Below, one piece after another: positions 8,539-17,000 of a stretch of 64,000 bases of DNA. A program made the position numbers and the translations under genes. Position 1 is the first letter of the stretch; each line of letters opens with the position of its first letter. Source of the stretch: Patescibacteria group bacterium. Lineage in GTDB: Bacteria; Patescibacteriota; Patescibacteriia; Patescibacteriales; UBA12465. The notes under the pieces are model-generated. The model had not been told where the DNA came from. It was given only the letters and a program-made list of their open reading frames with translations, and did not search any database. Where the stretch lies: NCBI GenBank assembly GCA_041650715.1, contig JBAZKQ010000001.1, forward strand, positions 70,945 through 134,944, written 5' to 3'.

Positions 8539-8755
8539 TACGAAAAAAGAAGCAGCTTAAGCTGCTTCTTTTTTCGTATACGCCTCGTAGAGGCGCGGAT
8601 TCGAACAGGGCAGAAGCGAGTCTTGAGCCGCTTTAGCAAAAGCGGCGAAAAGGGGAGCGTCGCTAAGCATCCGGGGGATGCTTGGCGCTGACCGCGACAA
8701 CGAAGCGAATGAGCGACGGCGAATTCGCTGAGGCGGAAATCCTTGTCCCCGAACA
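8539..8755 (+). repeat. Unit 3 (217 nt) of the structured repeat
   Basis: Same 40-nt palindrome and scaffold. Differences outside the variable window: position 50 (hairpin loop), position 111, and the third-from-last base (GAGCA>GAACA). The variable hairpin lies at 8664-8684. Confidence 0.9.
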
Positions 8756-8761
8756 TTGAAG

Positions 8762-8787
8762 AAAAATGAGCCGAAAGGCTCATTTTT
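8762..8787 (+). terminator. Intrinsic terminator after unit 3
   Basis: ATGAGCC-GAAA-GGCTCAT followed by TTTTTGTTGTTTT. Confidence 0.6.
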
Positions 8788-8817
8788 GTTGTTTTAAGAA
8801 TATGTTATAATGTAGCT

Positions 8818-8985
8818 ATGAAAAAAGAAAGATTTATAAAAAAGAATAGCATTGCCGTTTATCGGGCAAAAAATGGAGCCATATAGCTGCGAGCTTATTC
8901 TAATAAGGAAACTATATGGGCGACTAAGACACTTCGAGAGCATATCACCAAAGGAGTCATTATTAATAAATTAAGAACTAAAAAT
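8818..8985 (+). pseudogene. Remnant of a RhuM-like DNA-binding/virulence-family gene (in-frame TAG, internal loss)
   Basis: MKKERFIKKNSIAVYRAKNGAI*LRAYSNKETIWATK resembles, from memory, the ...YQxKNGAIELRGDxxxETIWATQ N-termini of RhuM-family proteins. It is interrupted by TAG at 8884-8886 and lacks the rest of the domain. Confidence 0.35.
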
Positions 8986-8989
8986 AATT

Positions 8990-9709
8990 ATGAGCAACGC
9001 AATTGAAATTACCGAGCTCTGTAAGGCGTATAAAGATTTCTCGCTGAGTAATATTTCTTTTAGTTTGCCTGTCGGCCATATTATGGGATTTGTGGGTCAG
9101 AATGGCGCGGGCAAGACCACCACTATCCGCTTGATTTTAAATATGACCTCGCGAAGCAGCGGTCAGATAAAAATCCTCGGCTTAGATAATATTTCCGAAG
9201 AACAAAATATAAAACAGGACATTGCTGTCGTCTTGGACGATATTTTCTTTGTCGACGCTTGGAAAATTTCTGAAGTTGAGAAAGCGGTCGCTGGTTTCTA
9301 TACTAAGTGGAATAGCGGCTTATTTAAGCAATATATTAAAGAGTTTGATTTGCCTGCGGGTAAACGAGTGAAGGAGCTCTCACGAGGCATGAAAATGAAA
9401 CTCATGCTGGCTGTCGCTATGTCGCACGAAGCAAAACTATTAATTCTTGATGAACCGACGAGCGGGATAGATCCGGTCGCGCGGGACGAACTCTTGGAGA
9501 TACTAAGCGCTTATGTCGCGGACGGACAAAAAAGCATATTCTTTTCAACACACATAACAACGGATTTGGAAAAAATTGCAGACTATATTTCCATCATCGA
9601 TAAAGGGGCTCTCGTCTATACGGGTACAAAAGCCGGACTATTAGAAGCCTATCCGGGAGTGCCCTCGATTGATGACATTTTAGTGTCGATAAGCAAAAGA
9701 AAAATATGA
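8990..9709 (+). CDS. ABC transporter ATP-binding protein (ABC-2/DrrA-like)
   Basis: Walker A GQNGAGKTT, signature LSRGMKMK and Walker B LLILDEPTSG. Confidence 0.85.
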   Translation: MSNAIEITELCKAYKDFSLSNISFSLPVGHIMGFVGQNGAGKTTTIRLILNMTSRSSGQIKILGLDNISEEQNIKQDIAVVLDDIFFVDAWKISEVEKAVAGFYTKWNSGLFKQYIKEFDLPAGKRVKELSRGMKMKLMLAVAMSHEAKLLILDEPTSGIDPVARDELLEILSAYVADGQKSIFFSTHITTDLEKIADYISIIDKGALVYTGTKAGLLEAYPGVPSIDDILVSISKRKI

Positions 9710-10362
9710 ACAACATCCTTAATTCCATAAAACTGGATTATTTCATTCTCAGAGCCTCGGGTTTTAGAAGATTGGCGATAGTTGTGGTTGTCCCGCTCTT
9801 CGCCGGGGCTATGTCAAAAAATCCGCCGCTCGTATTGGGGCTCACTATGATGCTGTCTGGATTTATTATGAGCACTATTTTTGCCACGGTCGAAAAAAGT
9901 AATCTCAATAAGTTATATGGCATTTTGCCTATAAAAAAGAAACAAACTGTAATTGGGCGCTATTTGTTTGCGCTTATAGCCGGAGTAACGATTGCCGCTG
10001 CGGCCACGGTTTTAGCTTTTATCGTTTCGCTGATTATTAAAGTGCCTTTCGGTGGTCTTGAACTTACTGCTTGGCTCGCCGGTTCCTTTCTGGTTTTTTG
10101 CTTATTAGTTTCAATCCAGTTCCCGCTTTATTTCAGATATGATTTTTCAAAATTGGCGGCTTTAGCGAATCTGCCGTATATCGTTTTGGTTTTCAGTGTG
10201 TCCTTCTTAGTGAGGAAGCACCCAGAACTATTTACTCAAGTTGTTTCCTTTTTTGTCCGTAGCCCTTATATGCTTTGGATAGTGGGGACGGCCGGGGCAC
10301 TGATACTGCTTAGCGCCTCTACACTTGCTTCAATCGCGTTATATAATAAGAGGGAATTATAA
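9706..10362 (+). CDS. ABC-2-type permease (about 6 TM)
   Basis: ATGA start/stop overlap with the ATPase gene. Hydrophobic polytopic profile. Confidence 0.65.
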   Translation: MNNILNSIKLDYFILRASGFRRLAIVVVVPLFAGAMSKNPPLVLGLTMMLSGFIMSTIFATVEKSNLNKLYGILPIKKKQTVIGRYLFALIAGVTIAAAATVLAFIVSLIIKVPFGGLELTAWLAGSFLVFCLLVSIQFPLYFRYDFSKLAALANLPYIVLVFSVSFLVRKHPELFTQVVSFFVRSPYMLWIVGTAGALILLSASTLASIALYNKREL

Positions 10363-10375
10363 GCTGAGAGACTAA

Positions 10376-10957
10376 ATGGAATTCAAGGAACAAACACACG
10401 AAAAACAAACGTTTAAAAACATCATCTGTCCCGGGCAAGACCTGTCGGACAAGGATTTTTCGAATTGCAGTTTTGAAAAGTGCGATTTTAGTGAGGCTAA
10501 TTTTTCCGGTGCCTCTTTTATGGCTTGTACCTTTTTCGGTTGCAACCTAACTAATATAAAAGTAAATAACTGCAGTTTTCAGGGCGTGTTATTTGAGAAA
10601 TGTAAATTACTGGGCACGAGATTTACCTTAATAGATTCCTTGCTCATTGGCTGGGTTTTTAAAAATTGTGTTATTTCATTCTGCGATTTTAGCGATTTAA
10701 GCATTAAGGAAAGCAAATTTATAAACTGCGAAATAAAAGAGAGCGATTTTATAAATTCAAATTTAAGCGGGTCTGATTTTTCCGGTTCAAGCTTGCTTTT
10801 AAGTAAATTCCATAATACCAATTTAGAAAAAGTAAATTTTATCGGCGCCAGAGATTATTATCTTAATCCCGTAGACAATAAACTGAAAGGCGCGCGTTTT
10901 TCTTATCCCGAGGTCCTGTCCCTTTTGGACAACTTCGGGATTAAAGTTGAATTTTAA
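10376..10957 (+). CDS. Pentapeptide-repeat protein (Qnr/MfpA-like fold)
   Basis: Continuous A(D/N)LxX-type pentads, e.g. CSFEKCDFSEANFSGASFMACTFFGCNLTN. Confidence 0.85.
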   Translation: MEFKEQTHEKQTFKNIICPGQDLSDKDFSNCSFEKCDFSEANFSGASFMACTFFGCNLTNIKVNNCSFQGVLFEKCKLLGTRFTLIDSLLIGWVFKNCVISFCDFSDLSIKESKFINCEIKESDFINSNLSGSDFSGSSLLLSKFHNTNLEKVNFIGARDYYLNPVDNKLKGARFSYPEVLSLLDNFGIKVEF

Positions 10958-10974
10958 GCTTTCATTATTTAAGT

Positions 10975-11007
10975 AAAAAAATAACCGACCCTCTGGCCGG
11001 TTATTTT
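10975..11007. terminator. Bidirectional terminator between convergent genes
   Basis: A6, ATAACCG-N10-CGGTTAT, T-run. Confidence 0.55.
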
Positions 11008-11051
11008 AGATAGATAAGGATTCCGTCTTATCTAATATATTTCTTGTCTAA

Positions 11052-12383
11052 TTAATGATTGTTTTTCTGCTGGTTGCCCGCATTATTATTTTCATTATTT
11101 CTTTCATTATTTTGCTCGTGGTTTCTTTCATTATTTTCTTCGGCGTATCTTTGCTTATCTCCGTTGTTATTTGAGATGACGTTTCCGTGTTCTTCATTCT
11201 TATGCTCATCACCCCTTGCTTTCTGGGTATGCTCTTTATCAATCGGCGCGGTGATGGCCACAGCGTTTGAAGCGGCGGAAAGATTATTCGCCCGATCAAA
11301 AGCAATTACCGTATAAGTATGAGCTAATCCGTCTTTAATCGATTTATCTTGGTAATTTTGGTTTCTTGAGGTGCCGATGACAAGGCCGTCGCGTAATATT
11401 TTATAGCCCCAGACACCGAAATTATCAGTTGATCTTGCCCAAGTTAATTTAATTTTTTTGTGCGCGATTAGGGTGGCGACTAAATTAGTTGGTGCGCTCG
11501 GGGCAATCGTGTCGCTACCAATCGCCGGAGCGGTTGTTATGGAAACGGCGGCTGAGGGAGCGGAAACATTTCCGGCGATATCGAGAGCTGTGATTGTATA
11601 AGCATGGGTTGAGCTGGCACTTACACTAAAGTCAATATAATTAAGTGCGCTGGTTGTGGCGATAACCACGTTGTCGCGCAATACACGGTAATTTGCCAGG
11701 GCAAGAGTTGAGGAAGCCGCGTTCCAGGATAGTTTTATTTTATTGTTCGCACTGAGAACTGCGACCAGGCCAGTAGGCGCTTCGACCAGATTTGTATTGG
11801 TGCTTAAAGTGGTGGCGGATGTGGAAGCCGATAAAGCGGAAGTGTTACCACTCGTGTCGTATGCTTTAAGGCTGTAAGAATAGGTCGTTGATGTGGCTAA
11901 TCCGGTGTTTACGTATCCGGTAGTCGTTGTGGTGGCAATTTGAATGCCATCACGGAAGATTCGATAACCGCTCAGAGCGACATTATCGGTGGCCGCTGTC
12001 CACTGCAGATTTATTTGGCTTGTGGAAACGGCTTGCGCAGTTAGATTAGTTGGCACGCTCGGCGCGCTTATATCGGGAATACTTAAGTCACCGATATAAT
12101 ACCCGGCCAAGGCGGCGTTAGCGGCGGCGTTTGTACTGTGCTGGGCGTTAAATAGAGTACTACCATTTAGGCCGCATAAACTATTAATAGCGGCTTGTCC
12201 GCCCGGATGAAGAGCAACATAGGCACTAACGTTATAAACTTTGGAATTAACGATTGTCCAACAATCGCCGGCGGTATTGTGAAGAGCGACCTGCTCTCCG
12301 GTATAGCTATTCGCCGCCAAGGCTGAACCGGCCAAGGGAAGGGCAAAAGCAAGACCCAATAAAAGCATGACAAATTTTTTCAT
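11052..12383 (-). CDS. Secreted protein: cytochrome b5-like heme-binding domain + three fibronectin type III domains + N/E/H-rich tail
   Basis: Signal peptide. HNTAGDCWTIVNSKVYNVSAYVALHPGG...LFNAQHS carries both axial-His motifs of b5. Three ~95-aa repeats have W...DN(V/F)...Y(R/K)(I/V)(F/L)RDG FN3 signatures. Confidence 0.7.
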   Translation of the reverse strand: MKKFVMLLLGLAFALPLAGSALAANSYTGEQVALHNTAGDCWTIVNSKVYNVSAYVALHPGGQAAINSLCGLNGSTLFNAQHSTNAAANAALAGYYIGDLSIPDISAPSVPTNLTAQAVSTSQINLQWTAATDNVALSGYRIFRDGIQIATTTTTGYVNTGLATSTTYSYSLKAYDTSGNTSALSASTSATTLSTNTNLVEAPTGLVAVLSANNKIKLSWNAASSTLALANYRVLRDNVVIATTSALNYIDFSVSASSTHAYTITALDIAGNVSAPSAAVSITTAPAIGSDTIAPSAPTNLVATLIAHKKIKLTWARSTDNFGVWGYKILRDGLVIGTSRNQNYQDKSIKDGLAHTYTVIAFDRANNLSAASNAVAITAPIDKEHTQKARGDEHKNEEHGNVISNNNGDKQRYAEENNERNHEQNNERNNENNNAGNQQKNNH

Positions 12384-12520
12384 AAATTTAATGTTAATTA
12401 TAAAAAACGTCTTTCTACTATATGATACAAAGCTGGTTGTCTTTTGTTACATGGCGATATATAATGGTATTTACCACTTGTAACATTTCCCCTTTATTAT
12501 TGTATAAATAGATAGAAGAT

Positions 12521-13018
12521 ATGAGGAAGAAGCAGAATAATTTTTTGCCTTATTATAACCAGTATAAAGATAAAATATACAATTATTTTTTATATCGAGT
12601 TGGTTTTGATAAGCCCTTGGCCGAGGATCTAAGCTCGGAAGTGTTTATAAAGGCCTTAAAAAGTTTTGCCGACTTTGATGAAAATAAGAAATTCCAGTCC
12701 TGGATATATATGATCGCGCATAACCACTTGGTTAATCATTATAAAACGGCGGGTCGCGTTATACCGATCGAGCCCTTAGAAAATTCCTTATATTACATTG
12801 ATAAAAGCGCGGAAGAAAGACATGAATTAGCCCGAGTTTTAGAAATAATTGACGCTATGGAAAACTCCGAGTCGGAGATATTAAGGTTCCGCTTTATTGA
12901 TCAGCTGAGTAACTCGGAAATTGCCGAAATTTTAGGCAAGGAAGAAGGGGCTATTCGCACGCAAATTAGTCGCACGCTCGTAAAACTACGTGAAATATTA
13001 AATAGTAAGACCAATTAA
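12521..13018 (+). CDS. ECF-type sigma-70 family factor
   Basis: Region 2 (FQSWIYMIAHNHLVNHYK) and region 4 HTH (LSNSEIAEILGKEEGAIRTQISR). Confidence 0.8.
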   Translation: MRKKQNNFLPYYNQYKDKIYNYFLYRVGFDKPLAEDLSSEVFIKALKSFADFDENKKFQSWIYMIAHNHLVNHYKTAGRVIPIEPLENSLYYIDKSAEERHELARVLEIIDAMENSESEILRFRFIDQLSNSEIAEILGKEEGAIRTQISRTLVKLREILNSKTN

Positions 13019-13019
13019 T

Positions 13020-13847
13020 ATGGAAAATCTGGAAAAGCTCCTATCAGCTCTCCCGAAAAATAAATTAAGTCGTCGGGCTGATATAAAAATTAAATTTAGT
13101 TTGTATCGTCTTATTCTACAAAATAAACTGGCGCGCTTTTTTGATTTTTCCGCTTGGCGGCTGGTAACGATGCATAAAGCTTTGGCCTTTGCCGTGTTTG
13201 TATTTTTGGTCTTAGGAACAACTTCGTTTTATGCCTATGCGAGCGGCGATGTTCTCCCCGGGAGTCAACTATATCCGGTAAAGATTGCGCTGGAAAAGAT
13301 TGAGCAGACAATTACCGTCACCAATTCGGCAAAAATTAGTAATTTACAGAAAGTTTCTGAGCGTCGCCTGAGCGAGGCAGTTAGTTTGAGTGAAAAAGAG
13401 CAGGCCACTATTCAGGAAAGCCAGCGCATTAATGAAGATATAAAGAATAATATTGCCATCGGGGTGAATAATCATGAGGCCATCGCTAAGCATATTAATA
13501 ATCTTAGTAATAGCCCGAAAGCGCAGTCATTGATTAATGAAGCCGAAACCAATGATCAAAAAGAAATGGATTATTTGGATCAAATCGCCGCCTTTGCCGC
13601 GGAAAGTAATAATGAGGATATTTTGCAAAATGTCCAGGCGGCTAAAGAGTCGATTGGCAATCAGAAATATAATGAAGATAATAAGCGGAGACAGAACCAA
13701 GAAAAGATGGACACAGAAGAAATAAATACGGAAAAAGTGGACGAAGAAAAAGAAATAGAGCCCCAAGGCGGGGTGGCGTCTACTACGAACGATGTTAATA
13801 ATAAAAACGAAATGCGGCAGAGAGGAAGAGACAGGGGTAATGATTAA
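13020..13847 (+). CDS. DUF5667-type membrane protein, putative anti-sigma partner
   Basis: Adjacent to the sigma gene (2-nt gap). Single TM, then PGSQLYPVKIALEKIE typical of DUF5667. Charged low-complexity tail. Confidence 0.6.
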   Translation: MENLEKLLSALPKNKLSRRADIKIKFSLYRLILQNKLARFFDFSAWRLVTMHKALAFAVFVFLVLGTTSFYAYASGDVLPGSQLYPVKIALEKIEQTITVTNSAKISNLQKVSERRLSEAVSLSEKEQATIQESQRINEDIKNNIAIGVNNHEAIAKHINNLSNSPKAQSLINEAETNDQKEMDYLDQIAAFAAESNNEDILQNVQAAKESIGNQKYNEDNKRRQNQEKMDTEEINTEKVDEEKEIEPQGGVASTTNDVNNKNEMRQRGRDRGND

Positions 13848-13876
13848 ATTAATATTGGAGATAATTTAAGGATATT

Positions 13877-13907
13877 TAAAAATATGCCACCAACTGGCGT
13901 ATTTTTT
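13877..13907 (+). terminator. Intrinsic terminator
   Basis: AAAAATATGCCA-CCAAC-TGGCGTATTTTTT. Confidence 0.5.
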
Positions 13908-14024
13908 ATTCACAGGCATAAAAATGTCATTTTTCCCCATTTTTTGCTATAATTAAATAAAGAATAGCAAATATATTTATTTAGCTATTGAAATAAAATT
14001 TGTTTTTGTAGTAATTAGATTTAT

Positions 14025-17000
14025 ATGAACAATTTTGGTGAACAATTTATTGACCCAAAAGACCTCAAGGCGAACGTCATCGATCAGCCTGAAAATAAGG
14101 AGGAGCTTAATATTACTGTTGATAATAAGAATGAATTAGAAAATGATATAAGTTCCGGCTATTTAAATGATCTTAATTCTCAAATTAATCTTGAGGAGCA
14201 TGTTATAGAAGAGTTTTCAAAGACTAAAGATGATAAATTACGAGAATCTCTACGCGATCTGAGAAGATTGGGCGAAGAATCTTTAAAGACGCTATCTTCG
14301 AAAATTGTAGAAATATTTAATTCCAGTAAATTAGTTGTTAAGTTGCGTGACATTTACATTGAGAAACGGAGCATAAGCATTCATAAAGAATTGAGTGTTG
14401 AAAATAAACTGCCAAAAGTAGATGATTATGATAGTTTTCTGAAATTAATCCAATCTGATTTTTGGGGAAGTTCTGCTAACGCTGCGGATGCCACTTTTAG
14501 AGCCAATACCGCTCTATATTCGATAGCCAAGCGTTTTCCTGAAAAAAGAAAGGATATCTTAGAAATTTGGCCCGAATTATTTAGCCGGGAAATAAGTTGT
14601 AATACTGATTTGTTCGATCGGCAGATTAGGGATATTAAGGAAAATGAATATAATGTTATTAGCGGTAATGATGAAAAAATTAATTATATAAAATCGTGTG
14701 ATGATTTTACAGCTTTAACGTGTTTATTAAATCTTAACTTCAGTTCTAAAGATATTGATGTTTCCGAAGAAACCATCAAGCGTCTCGATTCGTTAATTTC
14801 AAATCATCCCAACGTTAAAGAACTACCAGGCGGTATTACTGACCAACTTTTTAATGCTTGCACGGAAAAACCTGAAGAAATAATGTCCGATGCTCGTAGG
14901 ACAGACTTCCTTTTTAATTTATGGATTAATAAAATAAGTATTTATTCGAATAAATTAACAAGCTCATCAATTATTCCGATTTTCGCCGAAAGACTCCAAA
15001 CTTGTTCTAAGGAAGAAACAGATAAACTTCTCAAAATGTTATTAAGAAATTGGAACAATTCTTATGATAGCGGTGATTTTAATTTGTTAATTGAGTTCCT
15101 ACCGCTTGATAAAAGCCATGTTAAATTAATCAATAAAAAGAAAAATTTAGTTGATGGTGAGAACTCAGATAAACTCCTGTCTTTAAACAGGGATAAAGTT
15201 TTGGGTAAAAATATCGAGAAACGGGAATATGAGGTATTACTTACCGCCGCCGAATCTTTGCGTGGTGGCAACGAAGTGATCTTTTTAAGTAATCTTATTG
15301 CCAATTATCCGGATAAAGTTTTGGGTATTAATGAAACCGAACTTGAGAACATACTTGACGTCTTGCTGAAGTACCGTCAGGAACGTTTTGATATTGATAC
15401 TTTGCACTGCTTAACAGAACTAATGAGTCGTTGCTATTGGCCTGACAATCTCAAGAAAAAGGTTTACGGTGCTAATAGCATTAGCGCCAATACTTTGAAT
15501 AAAATCGTCACCGGTTTAGATGATCCGACGTTCGATTGGTTAAGAAATAATCAATTATTATTTAGTCAATTACAAATAGATTTTCATAAAAAAGCACAAA
15601 ATAATGATTTAAGACATTATTTTTATAATGTTTTAGACGGTAAGCAGCAGTCAGATAATTTGGGTGACTTAATCAAATCGTATGGTCGCTCCGGTGCCGG
15701 TTTTGATTTTGAGGAGCTAAGGGCTTTGTTTTTAGAGAATCGCATTGATAAAAAATATATTCAATATTTTATTGACCAGATTGGTAATGAGCAAATTTTA
15801 ACGGGTTTAAATAGTGAACTTATTAATTCTGTTGATAAGACATGGTTTTTAGAATCGGCTCTCAAGTATGGAAAAGCAAATAATGCTACGGAAATACTAA
15901 GGATGCTAATGCTTGGCGGGTCGATTGATAATCAGGAAAAAAGACAAGACATTCTAAATTCATTATCCGATAATATATTACTTAAGTGTGATAATTATGA
16001 TTCAAAAAAAACAGCTTATGGGTATGGGAACGAGGTAGCCGGCGTCTCGGCACAGTTATTTAATGAGGATTTGTCAGATATTTTAAGCAGAGAAGAGCTT
16101 CTTGGTCTCAGAAAAAAAATGATGCTTGGCGCCCTCGGTTTTAGCAATTCGGAAAACGCAACCCTGCTTACTATCACTAATCGTGAAAATACCGCTAAAG
16201 CTTTTCCTGAAGAGCAAGAAAGAGCTGATTATTTGTATAAACTATTTGAGAAATTAATAAGCGATCAAGATAACCGGCAGTATTTCTCTGTCATGTCTTT
16301 CTATTTTGGAAAACCAGAATTATTTAGTGCCTTAGATAATTCTCGCAAACAGGAGTTGGAAAATAAGATATTTAATTTTAATATAACCGAGCGGAGCGAC
16401 TCTTTTCTGGGCTTATTGCCCGAGATGGATGCCAAACAAAAGGAACGTTTTATAAGCTGTTTTGAAAATAATTTTGAATTAAAAGAGCTTACTACAAACG
16501 TATTTGATTCTTTTTGTAGGAAATTGACTTATTTCAGTGAGTTCTCAAGTAATAAAGAAGTTTATACTCGGATTTACTTAAAATTATTAAATGACCCCGG
16601 TCTTAAATCGGAAGCAGCCAGCGTTCTTTTTGATAAAGAAATCGTCTTCAGTGATAGTAAAATTAAAGACGCTTTCTTCAATAATATTATTCGTTGGCCC
16701 GGTATAGACGGAACAAATATTCTTGAATCGTTGGCCTCAATGAAGGGTAATGATAAAAGTTTTTTATTAAGTAATGAGGAAGTAAAAAAAATAAGTACCT
16801 CGGTTATGGAAAACCGCGGATTATCACCAAAATTCTGGAAAGGATATTTGCAGTCGCCCAAAAAAAATCCCACCTTCTACCTTGATGAAAATATTTTTAG
16901 AAAAGGCATTAATAATATTGGCAATGATTGTTTCCGAGAGAGCGGTGAAGAGATAGTTGCTTTCATTAAATCACTTTCCGCGTCCGGGTTTGAGTTTACC

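Noticed and set aside
7511-8755. Possibility that the tandem repeats are a CRISPR array or an integron attC array
   Set aside because: The repeat units are ~219 nt with no short repeat/spacer periodicity, and no cas genes are present. No GTTRRRY core sites or IntI gene are visible. Only one cargo gene is bracketed.
8433-8783. 116-aa minus-strand ORF across repeat unit 3 and the 3' end of the isochorismatase-family gene
   Set aside because: The reasoning is the same as for the ORF over units 1-2. It also overlaps a well-supported plus-strand CDS.
11048-11316. 85-aa ORFs on both strands overlapping the 3' end of the b5/FN3 gene
   Set aside because: They are low-complexity frames generated by the AAT/GAA-rich tail region. 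The main frame is continuous with the FN3 domains.
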